The notes under the pieces were generated by a model. It searched no databases. It saw nothing but the letters and a program-made list of their open reading frames with translations, and was not told the DNA's origin. Shown here piece after piece: positions 51,473 to 64,000 of a DNA stretch of 64,000 bases. Location of the stretch: the NCBI GenBank assembly GCA_964016885.1, contig OZ024745.1, forward strand, positions 31,000,001 through 31,064,000, written 5' to 3'. This DNA is from Eledone cirrhosa (lineage: Eukaryota). Both the position numbers and the translations under genes were made by a program. Every line of letters begins with the position of its first letter. Positions within the stretch are counted from its first letter, which is position 1.

Positions 51473-54117
51473 TGTTTTTTTTCTTTGGATAAAATATCTT
51501 GTTAAAGTGGTTCTTATTACCGAATATTGTTCATACAGCTAACAACTAATTTGTAAGTGTTGCACCTATTGTCGACCAGGTAACATGAACTCCTTTGTTA
51601 CCTGGTTCTATGATACAAAACCATTTTAAAGTGTTCACATCATTTAATATCCACTTTCCCAGATAGCAAAGATTGGATGGGTCTTCACAGACTCAGTCAA
51701 TATGGAAGAGGGTCTACAGGCCGAGGGTAAAATCTTCCTACATAATTTTTTAGTAATGAAATAATTTCAATAAATACATGAATAAACAAATTAATTGAAA
51801 TTGTGTATTTTATTAGAAACCATTTGAGCTCAGGCCCCTTTTCACATGCATGAAAATCTCTGAAAAAATTATACAGGCCTGAAAAGCCTCCGGGCTTGAG
51901 ACTTAGAAATTGCAATGATTTTATTTTTCACTCAGCATTCGATACATCAATCAGTTTGAAATGATTTTAAACAATTTAGGAAGAAATTAAGTTTTCTTTA
52001 ATTTATTAACTAAAATAATAATAATCATAGCCTTCTTTTAGATGAAGTGAATTCAAATTTTCTTCAAATTTTCCTCCAGTTAAACCCTTGATTAAAAGAA
52101 AAGAAAATTATAGTATTAATGGTGAGGACTGGGTTTTTTTGTTTTTTTTTCAGATTATAACATAATTATATATCCAGAAATTAGATATACAAATGATCAT
52201 AAACACCAAGAATGTACCTCCCAATATAAGAGTTAAGGGCAGTCATAGAGAAAAAGCTAGACATGTTCAGAGGCATGTAAACTACAAGAACCATCAGCTG
52301 GCAACAAATTCAGAGATATATGGTGTCTATCACAGTAAAGAGATGGCATTGGAGATCTTTGTATGGACCTATAAGCACCTGGTGGAGTTGTAGGGGTGCC
52401 ATATTGACATACAGCCTTTGGGGGTCATTTTAAACCTGGTAGAGCTCATCCCCTCTCCAGGTCTGAAAACTGCTGATTTCTTCCAGAAAAGGATAGAGAT
52501 ATAGAGGAAGAATCCTTTTTCTATTGACCTTGAAAGGATGAAAGGCAAAGTTGACCTTGGTAAGATTTGAATTCAGATTGTAGAGAACCTGAACAAATAC
52601 CACAAAACATTCTAATGACTTTGCCAATTAATTGCCTTGGAGATCTATTGCATAGCAAAAAATTGGAAATTTCTGCGAGATAATCTGCTGAAGACCATGG
52701 ATCAGGTCTCTGCTGGAGTAAGGCACAAATGAGATGGTTGTGGAACGTTAGAATAGACTGCAGGAGTGTAGACAAAACAACTGTTTTTTATTAATAACGG
52801 TTTCTGATTTAAGCACAAGGACAAACATTTTGGGAAGAGGGTAAAGTCGATTAAATTGACCCCAGTACATTACTGGTACTTCATTTTATTAATGCAACAG
52901 GAATTCCTAATCAGTCAGGTTTGAGATCTGGCTTCATTTCCTGCTCCTTTAGAAATCAATACATTATGAAAGTAGAGAATTCCAAAGGAAAGTGATAAAT
53001 GATTAGTAGATAATCTAGTTCTATATAACTTTCCAACTACCAATTGTATTAAGGTACTGGATTATCATTTAACAGCTGTTCTCCCTTCTAGCAAAGGTTG
53101 GATGGCTTGTCACAGACTGAATCAGAGGAGTGGGGTGCTGCATCTCGCTTCCTTACACACAATTTTACAGTGTACTGGCTGTGTTTTATTGTAGCACTAG
53201 CACTAAGGAGGTTGTCACAACTAAAGAGTCCTTGTGACCTTTTATTGGCAAGTTTTCTACAGCTAGTCCTTTCTTATACCAACAATTTTACAGAATGTAA
53301 TGGGTGCATTTTGTCATGGCACCAGCACTAGTGAGGTTGTCATATCCTCAACAACCCTAAAGAGCTCTCTCTACATTGTTATTGTTTGTTCATCAACCAA
53401 TTTATAATGTACTGAGTACACTTTATGTAAAAATACTTCAACAAAAGTTTCGTTCTGTATAGTCGATGCTGTTTGATGGAAATATTTATTTTATAAACAT
53501 TGTTAACCATTGACTGAGCAAATATTGTTCTTGGTAGTTATATTGATTGAGGAAATGTCAACACAAACTTACCATCTTCATACAAATCACAATAGGGGGT
53601 TCTGCCTTACTAAAATGATAAATTGGGACTCTAGGCTTTGGATTTTCCTGAAGATAGAATAAAATGTATAAATATTTAGAAACAAATATATTTGATAAAT
53701 TGTTTCAAAAATAAGTTTTTTTGTTTTCCCCCTTTCATACTTAAAGGAAGGTTTTTATGTTGAATCAAATATACAATAATGAAAGTAAGGTGTGACCATT
53801 TACTTCTGAAGCCTTGTACAATATGAAACAGAAAAGTCTTGTTTGTTTAAAAAGCTGTGCAATGTAATGGGTTAAGTTACCAAGGTAACAATCAGAAGGG
53901 AATTGAGAGAGTAAGCAATATAAAAGGACAACTGACTGAAAGTTACCTTAGCAATTTAATATTCCAAAAATCTATCGGGATTAACCATCCATTATCAAAT
54001 TATCGGGAGGGGCTTCAGAGAAAAAACAGATTTTTCTTCCTAGTGGCTGTTTATTTTTTTTTTTTTATTTGGGAATATTAACTTGCTTAGGTAACTTTCA
54101 GTTATTATTCCTACTCT

Positions 54118-55240
54118 TTTTTCATGACGTTATTATTGTTAATTTTACTGATGTAGTATTAACTTGGATATTTACCATGCGACCCTCAGTTCCTACCTCA
54201 CAATTAGCGATAAATGTAGGTATTTTAGCCTACATATTGTCGTTAATATTATGATGTTCCCTGCTGTATTAGCGTTAAATTTTCCCTGCTGTATTAGCGA
54301 TAAATTTTCGAGGGTTTCTCTTAGTAGCTTTTTTCATGACGTTATTATTGTTAATTTTACTGATGTAGTATTAACTTATTAACTTGGATATTTACCATGC
54401 GGTATTCTAATCCTATTGTATCTCTCTCAGTTATTTACCATGCGACCCTCAGTTCCTACCCCCCCCCCTCTCTATGCACTTCTTTAAGGCTTACTACCCT
54501 GTCTTTAACCTAATTCATTCAATCTGAAAATATTGAAGAGATAAGACACTTTCCCATTCTTCTCTGCTAAAATGTACCACTAGAGCTGATTCAAATTTTC
54601 CCAGCCAGCCATCCATCTAATCTACGAAGGTATTTTAGCCTACATATTGTCGTTAATATTATGATGTTCCCTGCTGTATTAGCGTTAAATTTTCCCTGCT
54701 GTATTAGCGATAAATTTTCGAGGGTTTCTCTTAGTAGCTTTTTTCATGACGTTATTATTGTTAATTTTACTGATGTAGTATTAACTTATTAACTTGGATA
54801 TTTACCATGCGGTATTCTAATCCTATTGTATCTCTCTCAGTTATTTACCATGCGACCCTCAGTTCCTACCCCCCCCCCCCCCCCTCTCTATGCACTTCTT
54901 TAAGGCTTACTACCCTGTCTTTAACCTAATTCATTCAATCTGAAAATATTGAAGAGATAAGACACTTTCCCATTCTTCTCTGCTAAAATGTACCACTAGA
55001 GCTGATCCAAATTTTCCCAGCCAGCCATCCATCTAATCTACGAAGGTATTTTAGCCTACATATTGTCGTTAATATTATGATGTTCCCTGCTGTATTAGCG
55101 TTAAATTTTTCCTGCTGTATTAGCGATAAATTTTCGAGGGTTTCTCTTAGTAGCTTTTTTCATGACGTTATTATTGTTAATTTTACTGATGTAGTATTAA
55201 CTTGGATATTTACCATGCGACCCTCAGTTCCTACCTCACA
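54118..55240 (+). repeat. ~410-416-bp tandem monomers (about 2.7 copies) directly upstream of the RTE ORF
   Basis: aggtattttagcctacatattgtcg recurs at ~54218, ~54628, ~55044. Confidence 0.9.
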
Positions 55241-55487
55241 ATTCCCCCCCCCCCACCCCACCCCACCCCCACACACCACCATAGTCTATTCGACCAATCA
55301 AACCTAGCATGCCATTTCCACTGCTGCTGCTGCTACTACCTGCCTAACTAACTCTCTCCTCCTCTGGCGCATCCCAACACACCCTGCCATTACCCCACCA
55401 CCACTGTCCTTCTAGCCCTCAATTTTCCCACCGTTATGGATGAATGAGCTGGGAATACACGAGCAACTCTGAATCAATAGATGAAAT

Positions 55488-58400
55488 ATGAATCTGCGAG
55501 CTACCAAGCACCCACGTGAAGCGCCAACCCAGAGACCCTCCCCTACGAGTGTCGACAAATGCCCAAAACTCCGAGTTGGTACCATCAATGTAGGCTCAAT
55601 GAAAGGAAGAGCAGGAGAAATCGTAGAAATGCTAGAGCGAAAGGAAGTTGATGTATGCTGTGTGCAAGAGACTAGATGGAGAGGAGGGTCTGCTAGAGTC
55701 CTTGTAGGAAAAAGCCAGTGCTACAAATTTTTCAGGGTGGGAAATGACGATGGGATGGGTGGTGTAGGTATACTATTAGCTGACAAGTGGGTAGATAAAG
55801 TAATCTCAGTGTACAGGGTAAATGCAAGAATCATTAAACTCAGACTAGTCCTGAATAAGACAATTACCACAATAATATCAGCTTACGCACCCCAATCGGG
55901 GCTGCCAGACGAACTTAAGGATAGGTTTTACGAGTCCCTAATACACACTACTGCTCTAACAGACGACAAGGACTTCCTAATCATTGCAGGAGATTTTAAC
56001 GGACACGTAGGTAAACACTGCGACGGCTTCAATAGAGTACATGGAGGCCATGGAGTTGGCACAAGGAATGAGGAAGGATTCAGACTTCTAGAATTCTGCG
56101 ACGCCAATGACATGTCGATATGTAACACAAACTTTAAAAAACCCGACAACCACCTGATCACCTATAGATCAGGGGAGCACTCTAGTCAGTTAGATTTTAT
56201 CCTCATCAGAGGACGTGACAGATGGACGGTCGTAAACACAAAAGCCTTCCCTAGTGAGGAATGTACATCCCAACATAGCTTAGTTGTCAGCGACCTCACG
56301 GTCAGAACTAGACGAGCCCTGAAACAGAGGCCAACCTGGAGAAGAAAGATCTGGAAGCTGAAAGTCCCCTCAACCAGTAACAGATTTAAAGATATTTTAC
56401 TCAACGCCTACGACAGTAAAGAAGAACAGATAGAGACATTTAACGTAGAAGAGAACTGGGAGTTCCTAAAAAATAACTTACTAGAGGCGACGGATGAGGT
56501 TTGTGGCTGGAGTAAGACCTCAAGCAGGAGGAGAGTGACTTGGTGGTGGAACAATAAGGTAGATGAAGCAGTCAAGGCCAAGAGACAGGCATGGAAAGAA
56601 TGGAAGAACGGGGGGAGCAGGGTACATTACATAGAGACCAAGAGGGAAGCTAGGCGGGAAGCAGAGGATAGAAAATTCAAGAATGTTTTACAACGTGAGG
56701 ACCAGAAACAGGAGGTATTCAAGATTGCGAGGCAGTGTGTCAGAGATAGTTGTGATGTCATTGGAGAGAAGTGTATCCGGAATGATAAAGGTGAGCTTGC
56801 AAGTGCTGAGAAGAAAGATGCATGGAAGAGTCATTATGATAGATTACTAAATGAGGAGAATGCATGGGAAGAAGAGACCCTACCCCACGTAGACCCTATA
56901 GAGGGACCAGCAGTACAAGTCAGCGGCAGCGTAGTAAGTAAGGCAATCAGAGATATGAAGATAGGGAAGGCAACCGGTCCATCGGGTATAGCTGCCGAGA
57001 TGCTGAAGGCATCTGGGTCTGTAGGTCACACTATAACCACACGTATCGTTAACCAGGTAATACTAGAGGGGGCCATACCAAAAGATTGGTGCAGTAGCAT
57101 CATTGTCAACTGCTACAAAGGTAAAGGCGATGCACTAGATAGAGGAAACTATAGAGGTATAAAGTTGATGGACCAGGTCATGAAAGTAACAGAAAGAGTT
57201 ATAGCACAGCTGATTAGGGACCGGGTGAATATAGACGAGATGCAATTTGGGTTTGTACCAGGGAAAGGCACCACTGATGCGCTCTTCCTTGTGAGGCAAT
57301 TACAGGAAAAGTACCTAGCTAAAAGTAAGTCACTCTACTTGGCATTTGTCGACCTTGAGAAAGCCTTTGACAGAGTTCCACGTGCAGTAATCTGGTGGGC
57401 TCTTAGAAAACTAGGAGTAGATGAATGGCTTGTGAAAGCGGTACAAGCCATGTATAGGGGAGCAGTCAGCAAAGTTAGGATTGGCAATGAGTATAGCGAG
57501 GAATTTAGCGTACAGGTTGGGGTCCACCAGGGCTCTGTTCTTAGCCCTCTCCTGTTCATCATAGTCCTGCAGGCAATAACGGAGGAGTTTAAGACCGGAT
57601 GCCCATGGGAACTCCTGTATGCTGATGACCTCGCACTCATAGCTGAATCTATGGTAGAACTAGAGAATAAATTCCAAACCTGGAAGCAGGGACTAGAGAG
57701 AAAGGGCCTCAAAGTCAACATGACAAAGACTAAGGTCCTTATAAGTAGACGAGAAAACAGAACCCAGATCCCCTCAGGGAAATGGCCTTGCTCAGTATGT
57801 AGGAAAGGTGTAGGTAGGAACTCCATTCTTTGCCCCAAATGCAAACAATGGGTACACAAGAGATGTAGCGGGATCTCAGGAAGCTTAATTAAGAATGTAG
57901 GATTCACATGCAGCAGCTGTGCTGAAACAGCAAGCAAACAGCCACAGGAAACAAGTACCACCAATCTCTGGGAGGGCCCTGTAGAAACAGTAGACAGCTT
58001 CTGCTACCTAGGTGACCGAATTAGCAACGGAGGTGGGTGCTCAGAAAGTACAATAACTAGGGTAAGAACGGGATGGAAGAAGTTTAGGGAACTACTACCA
58101 CTGCTAGCTGCAAAAGGCTTCTCCCTCAGAATGAAAGGCAGACTGTATGATGCGTGTATCCGAACAGCGATGTTGCATGGTAGTGAGACCTGGGCGCTGA
58201 AGGTGGAAGACTTACGTAGATTAGAGAGAAACGAAGCCTGCATGCTCCGATGGATGTGTAACAGTAATATACGTGAACGACAAAGCATAAATGAATTGAG
58301 AGAGAGACTGAGCATAAGAGGAATCAAATGCTGCGTGCAGGAGAGGCGGTTACGCTGGTATGGACATGTGATGCGTATGAAGGATGACAGCTGCATAAAA

Positions 58401-58580
58401 AGGTGCAGAGCACTAGAAGTTGATGGAAACCGCGGAGTGGGGAGACCCAAGATGACTTGGGATGAGGTGATAAAAGCCGACCTTACCCAACTACACCTCT
58501 CAAAGTCAATGACACACGACCGTGACTTCTGGCGTCACGCAGTAATACAGGGTACCCGACCTCCCATGGGTACATGCTGA
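55488..58580 (+). CDS. RTE LINE ORF: apurinic endonuclease + reverse transcriptase + PHD-like zinc finger (1030 aa)
   Basis: GTINV, VQETRW, SAYAPQ, GDFNGHVG, SQLDFIL, SQH; YRGIKL, QFGF, FVDLEKAFD, GVHQGSVLSP, LLYADD; CSVC..CPKC..WVHKRC..CSSC. Confidence 0.93.
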   Translation: MNLRATKHPREAPTQRPSPTSVDKCPKLRVGTINVGSMKGRAGEIVEMLERKEVDVCCVQETRWRGGSARVLVGKSQCYKFFRVGNDDGMGGVGILLADKWVDKVISVYRVNARIIKLRLVLNKTITTIISAYAPQSGLPDELKDRFYESLIHTTALTDDKDFLIIAGDFNGHVGKHCDGFNRVHGGHGVGTRNEEGFRLLEFCDANDMSICNTNFKKPDNHLITYRSGEHSSQLDFILIRGRDRWTVVNTKAFPSEECTSQHSLVVSDLTVRTRRALKQRPTWRRKIWKLKVPSTSNRFKDILLNAYDSKEEQIETFNVEENWEFLKNNLLEATDEVCGWSKTSSRRRVTWWWNNKVDEAVKAKRQAWKEWKNGGSRVHYIETKREARREAEDRKFKNVLQREDQKQEVFKIARQCVRDSCDVIGEKCIRNDKGELASAEKKDAWKSHYDRLLNEENAWEEETLPHVDPIEGPAVQVSGSVVSKAIRDMKIGKATGPSGIAAEMLKASGSVGHTITTRIVNQVILEGAIPKDWCSSIIVNCYKGKGDALDRGNYRGIKLMDQVMKVTERVIAQLIRDRVNIDEMQFGFVPGKGTTDALFLVRQLQEKYLAKSKSLYLAFVDLEKAFDRVPRAVIWWALRKLGVDEWLVKAVQAMYRGAVSKVRIGNEYSEEFSVQVGVHQGSVLSPLLFIIVLQAITEEFKTGCPWELLYADDLALIAESMVELENKFQTWKQGLERKGLKVNMTKTKVLISRRENRTQIPSGKWPCSVCRKGVGRNSILCPKCKQWVHKRCSGISGSLIKNVGFTCSSCAETASKQPQETSTTNLWEGPVETVDSFCYLGDRISNGGGCSESTITRVRTGWKKFRELLPLLAAKGFSLRMKGRLYDACIRTAMLHGSETWALKVEDLRRLERNEACMLRWMCNSNIRERQSINELRERLSIRGIKCCVQERRLRWYGHVMRMKDDSCIKRCRALEVDGNRGVGRPKMTWDEVIKADLTQLHLSKSMTHDRDFWRHAVIQGTRPPMGTC

Positions 58581-59039
58581 AGCATATAAACAATATGCCC
58601 CCCCCCCCCCCCCACCGCAAGGTGGTCGTGGAGGTGCCACGGCAAAAAAGCACCCAGCCCACACTGTAAAGTGGACGTGTAGGCGCCACGAAAAAGCACC
58701 CAGCACTCACTGTAAATGAGGTTGGTGTTAGGAAGGGCATCCAGCTGTAGAAATCAAGCCAGATCAGTTCCTGTATGAGCAAGGCATGGTCAGCCGACCA
58801 GACACTGCCCACAACAGGACAACCCGTCTAACCCATGCTAGCGTGGAAGAACGGACGTAAAACGGTGATGATGATGATGATGATGACTCTCTCAATTCAT
58901 TTCTGATTATTACCATGGCAATCTAACCCACTTGCATTGCATGGCTTTATAAACAAACAGACTTTTCAGTAATGAAAGTATTTAAAAAATGATAATAAAG
59001 ACAGTATATCACAACTTAGGTGGTATATATCAACTACAC

Positions 59040-59650
59040 TCCATGGACGTGAGGGTGAAAGCATTGTGACAGAGAACAGCAAGCAACACCTGCTACATCA
59101 GCCATTCTGCCTCGTAGGGTTCCATCCTCAAGTGAGATAGACTTCTCATGATTTTACAGAGGAATATGGCAATCTGGGGGCCAAGGACACCAAAGGTTTT
59201 GATGACAACTGGCAAAAATAGCTGTCAGTCAAATCCCAACATCTTATCTTCCCCTCCTCTGCATTATGGGCAGTGATGGCCAGATTTGTTGTCATGACAA
59301 TGAAGTCAGAACCAAAGAATGTATCACAAGACACTCCCATATTAGTGACCAACCCCACTGAAATGGGAAAAGGTCCATCATGGTGGTTGAGGCCAACAGG
59401 CTCCATTCATGATGGAAAACTGACTGCATCGAGTCTTCTTCTAATGGTGCCATTCAAAGCAGCATGCACTATGGCAACAGGAAAGTGGATGTAGTTTAAA
59501 CTTATCTTCCTAGCTCCACAATGGCACTTGTGTGGCTCACACACATGGAGACCAAGATGCAAGTGAACTTATTATCATGAAGAGTACCGGTTGATAAATA
59601 GGACACCCAATTCAGCCGCATGCCATTTTTTTTGGCTGTGAAGCAGACAG
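59040..59650 (-). mobile_element. Degenerate CRE-clade LINE fragment
   Basis: EPVGL..DG..CDTF..AHNAEEGK.. remnants homologous to 4852-5328. Confidence 0.65.
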
Positions 59651-60109
59651 GAGAGTTTTAGTCCCAGAAAGGCTCAATATCCACTTGATATTGTTCCAGC
59701 CATGTTGGTAACTTGCATACTGTTAAATTATTACTAAAGTTAATATGTGAGGAATTTTTAAGATACTGTATTTGTTCTTATTCTCTGATTCTCCTCTTCT
59801 TTCTGGTCTTATTCCATTTACTCCATCTTGTCAAGATGGAATAAACAGAATAGGACCAGAAATAAGAACAAACAGTCACTGAGGAGGTCATAGAATGTGT
59901 GATGAAAGAGCATTGATAAAATAACCAATAACTAATAATAAAGCTGAAGTGAAAGTCAAGCAGTACATTGTTTTTGGCAAAATGACCATCCCCAAATATT
60001 TTAAAATACTGATTGGTTAGAAGTTGAAAATATGGACTTTACTGTTACTCAAGAACTTACTTGGGATTCTTCATATATATAAACAGCTTTCTTTATTTTT
60101 TTGGCATCC

Positions 60110-60320
60110 ACATCACAAAACATGGAAACCTGAAGAAATAATAATATAAGGGTCATCCCCATCATCATAGGAGCACTGGGTACTATCTCAAGAGCTTCCA
60201 AGACTGGTTAAAGAACATTAGCCCAGACCCTTTTCTTTTTTTTTTGAACATTCTAGAGACTATGCCTACTGGGAACAGTAGGGACCCTCTGATATGTCTT
60301 GAATATCTGAGGCTGCAGGG
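60110..60320 (+). mobile_element. RLE-type LINE (R4/Dong/NeSL-like) 3' remnant
   Basis: VIPIIIGALGTI ... RLCLLGT remnants. Confidence 0.5.
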
Positions 60321-62652
60321 AACAGGTTGATGTTCATGCCTACTGGGAACAGCAGGGACCCTCCAGGTAACAGCTTGATGTTCATTAAGGCAAATTTTCC
60401 AGTTAAATAACAACAATGGCTGAGATATCAAAGTAATAGGCTGGTGTAGGGTTAAGAGGAACAGTGTAGATAAGTAAAATGGATTGGTTTATGTAGATAA
60501 GTTCAGAAGAGTAAAGTCTGCTGTTGTTCAACAGAAGAAACAGCCAAAGAATGTAATGAGGGACATTTACAAAGTTGTACTATTGTCGAAGATATTCCAG
60601 CCATGGCTCTTATTTCGAGCAAGTCATATAACCATACAGAGACTCCTTTATTGACTTATAATCATTAAGTTTTCCTTGAATGTGGTCAGGGGTGTGTATT
60701 TTCTATCAAACAAGAATAAAAATCATAAATAAAAATTAAAATTATTAGAAATTCAATTTTTAAAAAAGCTTAAAAAATTACATTTTTTCTATATTCTGGT
60801 TTCAAAGAGCGGTAAAATTTGCGCCCCTGTTTACCAGCGTTCCAAATAGTAAAATGTGATAGATGGCTGAGAATGTCTCTCTCAAATCTCTCAAGTCGAA
60901 TATTCCAAATTGTTTCCCTGTTGGATAAAAAATAGCTCTTGAAAACTAGAAACATATGACAAATGAATGCAACAAGTAGAGAGATTCTGGATAGGATCTA
61001 TCCAACATTTGCAAGAATGAAAAAAAATATGAACACAAAAATAATGAGGAAGATGATAATAAAATTTATGGTGGAAAATGGTATCACTGCTGTTGCTACA
61101 GTTTTAGTTCTGATCAAGTAGACCTATGATTCAGACAATAACCATCACATTCAGACATTGAATATGTTGGATAGTGTAGTGTTATAAACATTACAAGTTT
61201 TAAAAAAACCCAGAGATTTGGTTGTTTATCCAAATTATAAACATACAAAGGCTTGTAGCTGTTTGGCCTACCAAATCTCACTTATGAAAATCTATAAGAA
61301 TAAAGATCCCATAACTCCTTGTGGAGTCGTAGAGGCATCGTCATACAGCTTGTCTAGGGCACTTTTAAACCTGGCGGAGCCCAACCCTCTCCAGGTCTGA
61401 ACACAGTCGATTTTTTCTGTAGAGGAAAAAACGACCCCAGTACTGGACTGGTACTTTTTTTATCGACCGTGAAAGAATGAAAAGCAAAGTTGACCCTGGT
61501 GGGATTTCAACTCAGAGCACGCAATGAGGTGGGACAAATGCCATAAAGCATTCTATCCGATGTCGTAACAACTCAGCTAATTCACTGCCTATCAAAATCT
61601 ATATCACCTTTAAAATGGAGACCATGTTTTAAATCATAAATCTTAAATCTAGTAAGTACACCTTAAGCCAAAGGAAATAACTTGATTAAACTACACTTTT
61701 TAGTATGCTGGTGAAGTTAATCCTTTCATAAACTATAGTCATGAAGTCAGGATTTAATAACTAACAAATTTCCTCCTGGAATAGAATGTAACATTTAGAG
61801 AATATTTCTTTATAATAACTGGTAAGTGTTCCTAACTGTTGCAGTAAAGTATGTAAAATTAATTGTCCCACTCAGAAACCATTCTACTGCTAACTACTCC
61901 TGTGCATTTTCTACCATGTAATATCATAATTCACACATATCTTGTGATAGCAACAGGCACTAAACATACTTGAAAACTAGATAGAAATGAGGCAAGTATA
62001 CTCTGCTGGAGCACATTTGAACTGAGACAAAAATAATATAAACATTAGACGCATATGGTGTAGCAGGTTAGCACTAATCAAACAGAACTAAGATTAAAGG
62101 CAGTCTAGTCCAGTCATGACAATCCCTTCTTTTTCTTATGTGCAAAGAAGCCAGGATCACAGTATCAAATATCTTTTTCTATGATTTGAGGGAGATTTGG
62201 CTTCTATTTCTAGCAGATTAAGAAATCACATAGATACTACCTAATTTTCTTCATAGAATTAGATACAGTGTGCAAAGAAGAAGGCTGTGCTGGTATGGAA
62301 ATTGTTGTTAGAGGCACCTTACCTCAATGGTCAGAGCCCTTGGTCAAAATTTGATAACATATATAGAAGCTGATAGAGAGTTAAAGCTATCTCCATAGAA
62401 ACAGGACCCTCAAGTGAGTTGATGTAGCTGCAAGAGATGTATAAGAAAGCAATCTACTTACTCAGAAACTGAGAATGTTGTACAGTTTGGATGGTATCTA
62501 TACATAAGTAAATCACTATTTATTCTCATCACACTCCCTTTTAAATCAAGATGTTTATAGAAAAATATCAGGTCCTCTGGTGTTCCCTAAAAATAAAATT
62601 GTAACTAACATAAATAGAGTAATGTTACAATAAATCTCTCATTACTGAAATA

Positions 62653-62843
62653 CAAGAGTAGGCTGAAAAGTTCATAGACTGCCAATGAAGGAATGATGCT
62701 AGGGCTGTGAAATCTTGCATACATTAATTTCAACTCTTCTTATTAATAACTGCATTGTTTCTTTCCAGGGACTGGAAAATAAACCTCATTTGTCATTCCA
62801 TGAGAATATCTGGTCAGCCTATGAACTTTTCAGCCAACCCTCG
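62653..62843. mobile_element. Mariner-derived MITE
   Basis: ~29-bp TIRs (caagagtaggctgaaaagttcatagactg / cagcctatgaacttttcagccaaccctcg) flanked by TA. Confidence 0.8.
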
Positions 62844-62984
62844 TAATCTAAAATTTCTTGATTACCTTTCTTATTTCCATTATGTATTAAATTATAAGAG
62901 ATTTTCTGCAGAAATAATAACAAAATCGTTCCCAAATTACACTCTACAATCTTCAAACAGAAATTCATATTGCATAATGTAGTT

Positions 62985-63500
62985 ATCATCATCATCATCA
63001 TCACATGTCCATGTTTCCATGGATTTGATGGTTCTTTTTCAACATAACCCCCTCCACTCATGGCATTTCTTTATCATCTCCTATTAGGTTCAGCATTCTG
63101 AGACCAGCTCTCACATTTCTACCTAAGTCTCCCTTTACTACAGCTTCCTTCCTCCAGGTGGGATCTCTTAGCACTTCTTTACCCAACAGTCATCATCTAT
63201 ATGCAATTGCATGTCCATACCAGCATAGTCTTTTCTTTTGTACACACCAGATTCCTTTTATACCCAGTTTTTTCTCTCAGCTCATCTGTGATTCAGCATA
63301 CATACACATCAACATTACAAATCTAATGAGGTATGCTTGCTTCAAATCTCAAACCTTCATATACCTTCTACAAATACTGGCCATGTCTCACTGCTATGCA
63401 ACATTACATTTCTCATGCAGGCATCATATAATTTACCTTTCATCGATAAAGAGAAGCCCTTTTTTGTCAACAGAAGTAGTTCATTGAATATTTTTCTGGA
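62985..63500 (-). mobile_element. Degenerate 3' fragment of the same RTE family
   Basis: KIFNELLLLLTKKGFSLSMKGKLYDACMRNVMLHSSETW matches the ORF at ~58070-58195; (CAT)n tail. Confidence 0.8.
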
Positions 63501-64000
63501 TGATGACCAATACACAACAAACAACAAATGTTTTACAAATAAAACAACTAACAACAAACCTTTCCTACTAAAAGCAGGAGTTAATCTTATACCTCGGAGT
63601 GGAACCTTCTAGGTGCAAAACCTCAGAGTCATTTGTAATCAAAATGGGTTTTTAGACTGTCGATCACCAATGAAAAATGCCATTTTTAATACTTATGTAA
63701 AAGATATTGAAAAAAATAAAGAATAATGGCATACCTTTCCATCTTCTGAAAAGCCACCAACTTTATTAAATATTTCTCGGGAGCAAAACCATGTTGGCAT
63801 GGCAATTGTGGGTCCATGGGATGTAAAAATCTATAAACAGTATAAACATAATTAGAGAAAAACACCACGCACAATTAACATTAAACATGTTCTTAATAAG
63901 CCATGAATCTTTATATATATATATAAATATAATATATAAGTGGACTTAAAAACGATAATGATGATGATATATATGTCATAGTGTAGTTGTTGTAAAACAT

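Larger units (their letters stand above)
54118..58886 (+). mobile_element. Full-length RTE-clade LINE
   Basis: Single ORF with APE and RT; 3' UTR ends in a (GAT)n tail at 58866-58886; 5' boundary inferred from the monomers. Confidence 0.88.

Noticed and set aside
55928-58450. Antisense ORFs within the RTE ORF
   Set aside because: No motifs; typical shadow ORFs.

Overview
This is AT-rich animal genomic DNA, dense in (TA)n/(CA)n/(GA)n/(GATA)n microsatellites; the repeat landscape suggests a cephalopod/octopus-like mollusc (inference). The main content is one spliced host gene on the + strand, a TACC (transforming acidic coiled-coil) family gene. It has 14 coding exons (27830-51129, ~3273 aa by my manual splice reconstruction). 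One 8.6-kb exon carries roughly 105-110 in-frame copies of a 23-aa DPF..K..NSP repeat. The rest is mobile DNA: a full-length RTE-clade LINE with an open ORF (APE+RT+PHD-like finger) and 5' tandem monomers; a three-LTR non-autonomous LTR element with a tRNA-Trp primer site nested in a CRE-type LINE; CRE, Tx1-like, mariner, Helitron-like and SINE relics; and many Penelope-like palindromic relics in (TA)n tracts that carry minimal hammerhead ribozyme motifs. All folds and splice models were derived by eye and need confirmation.
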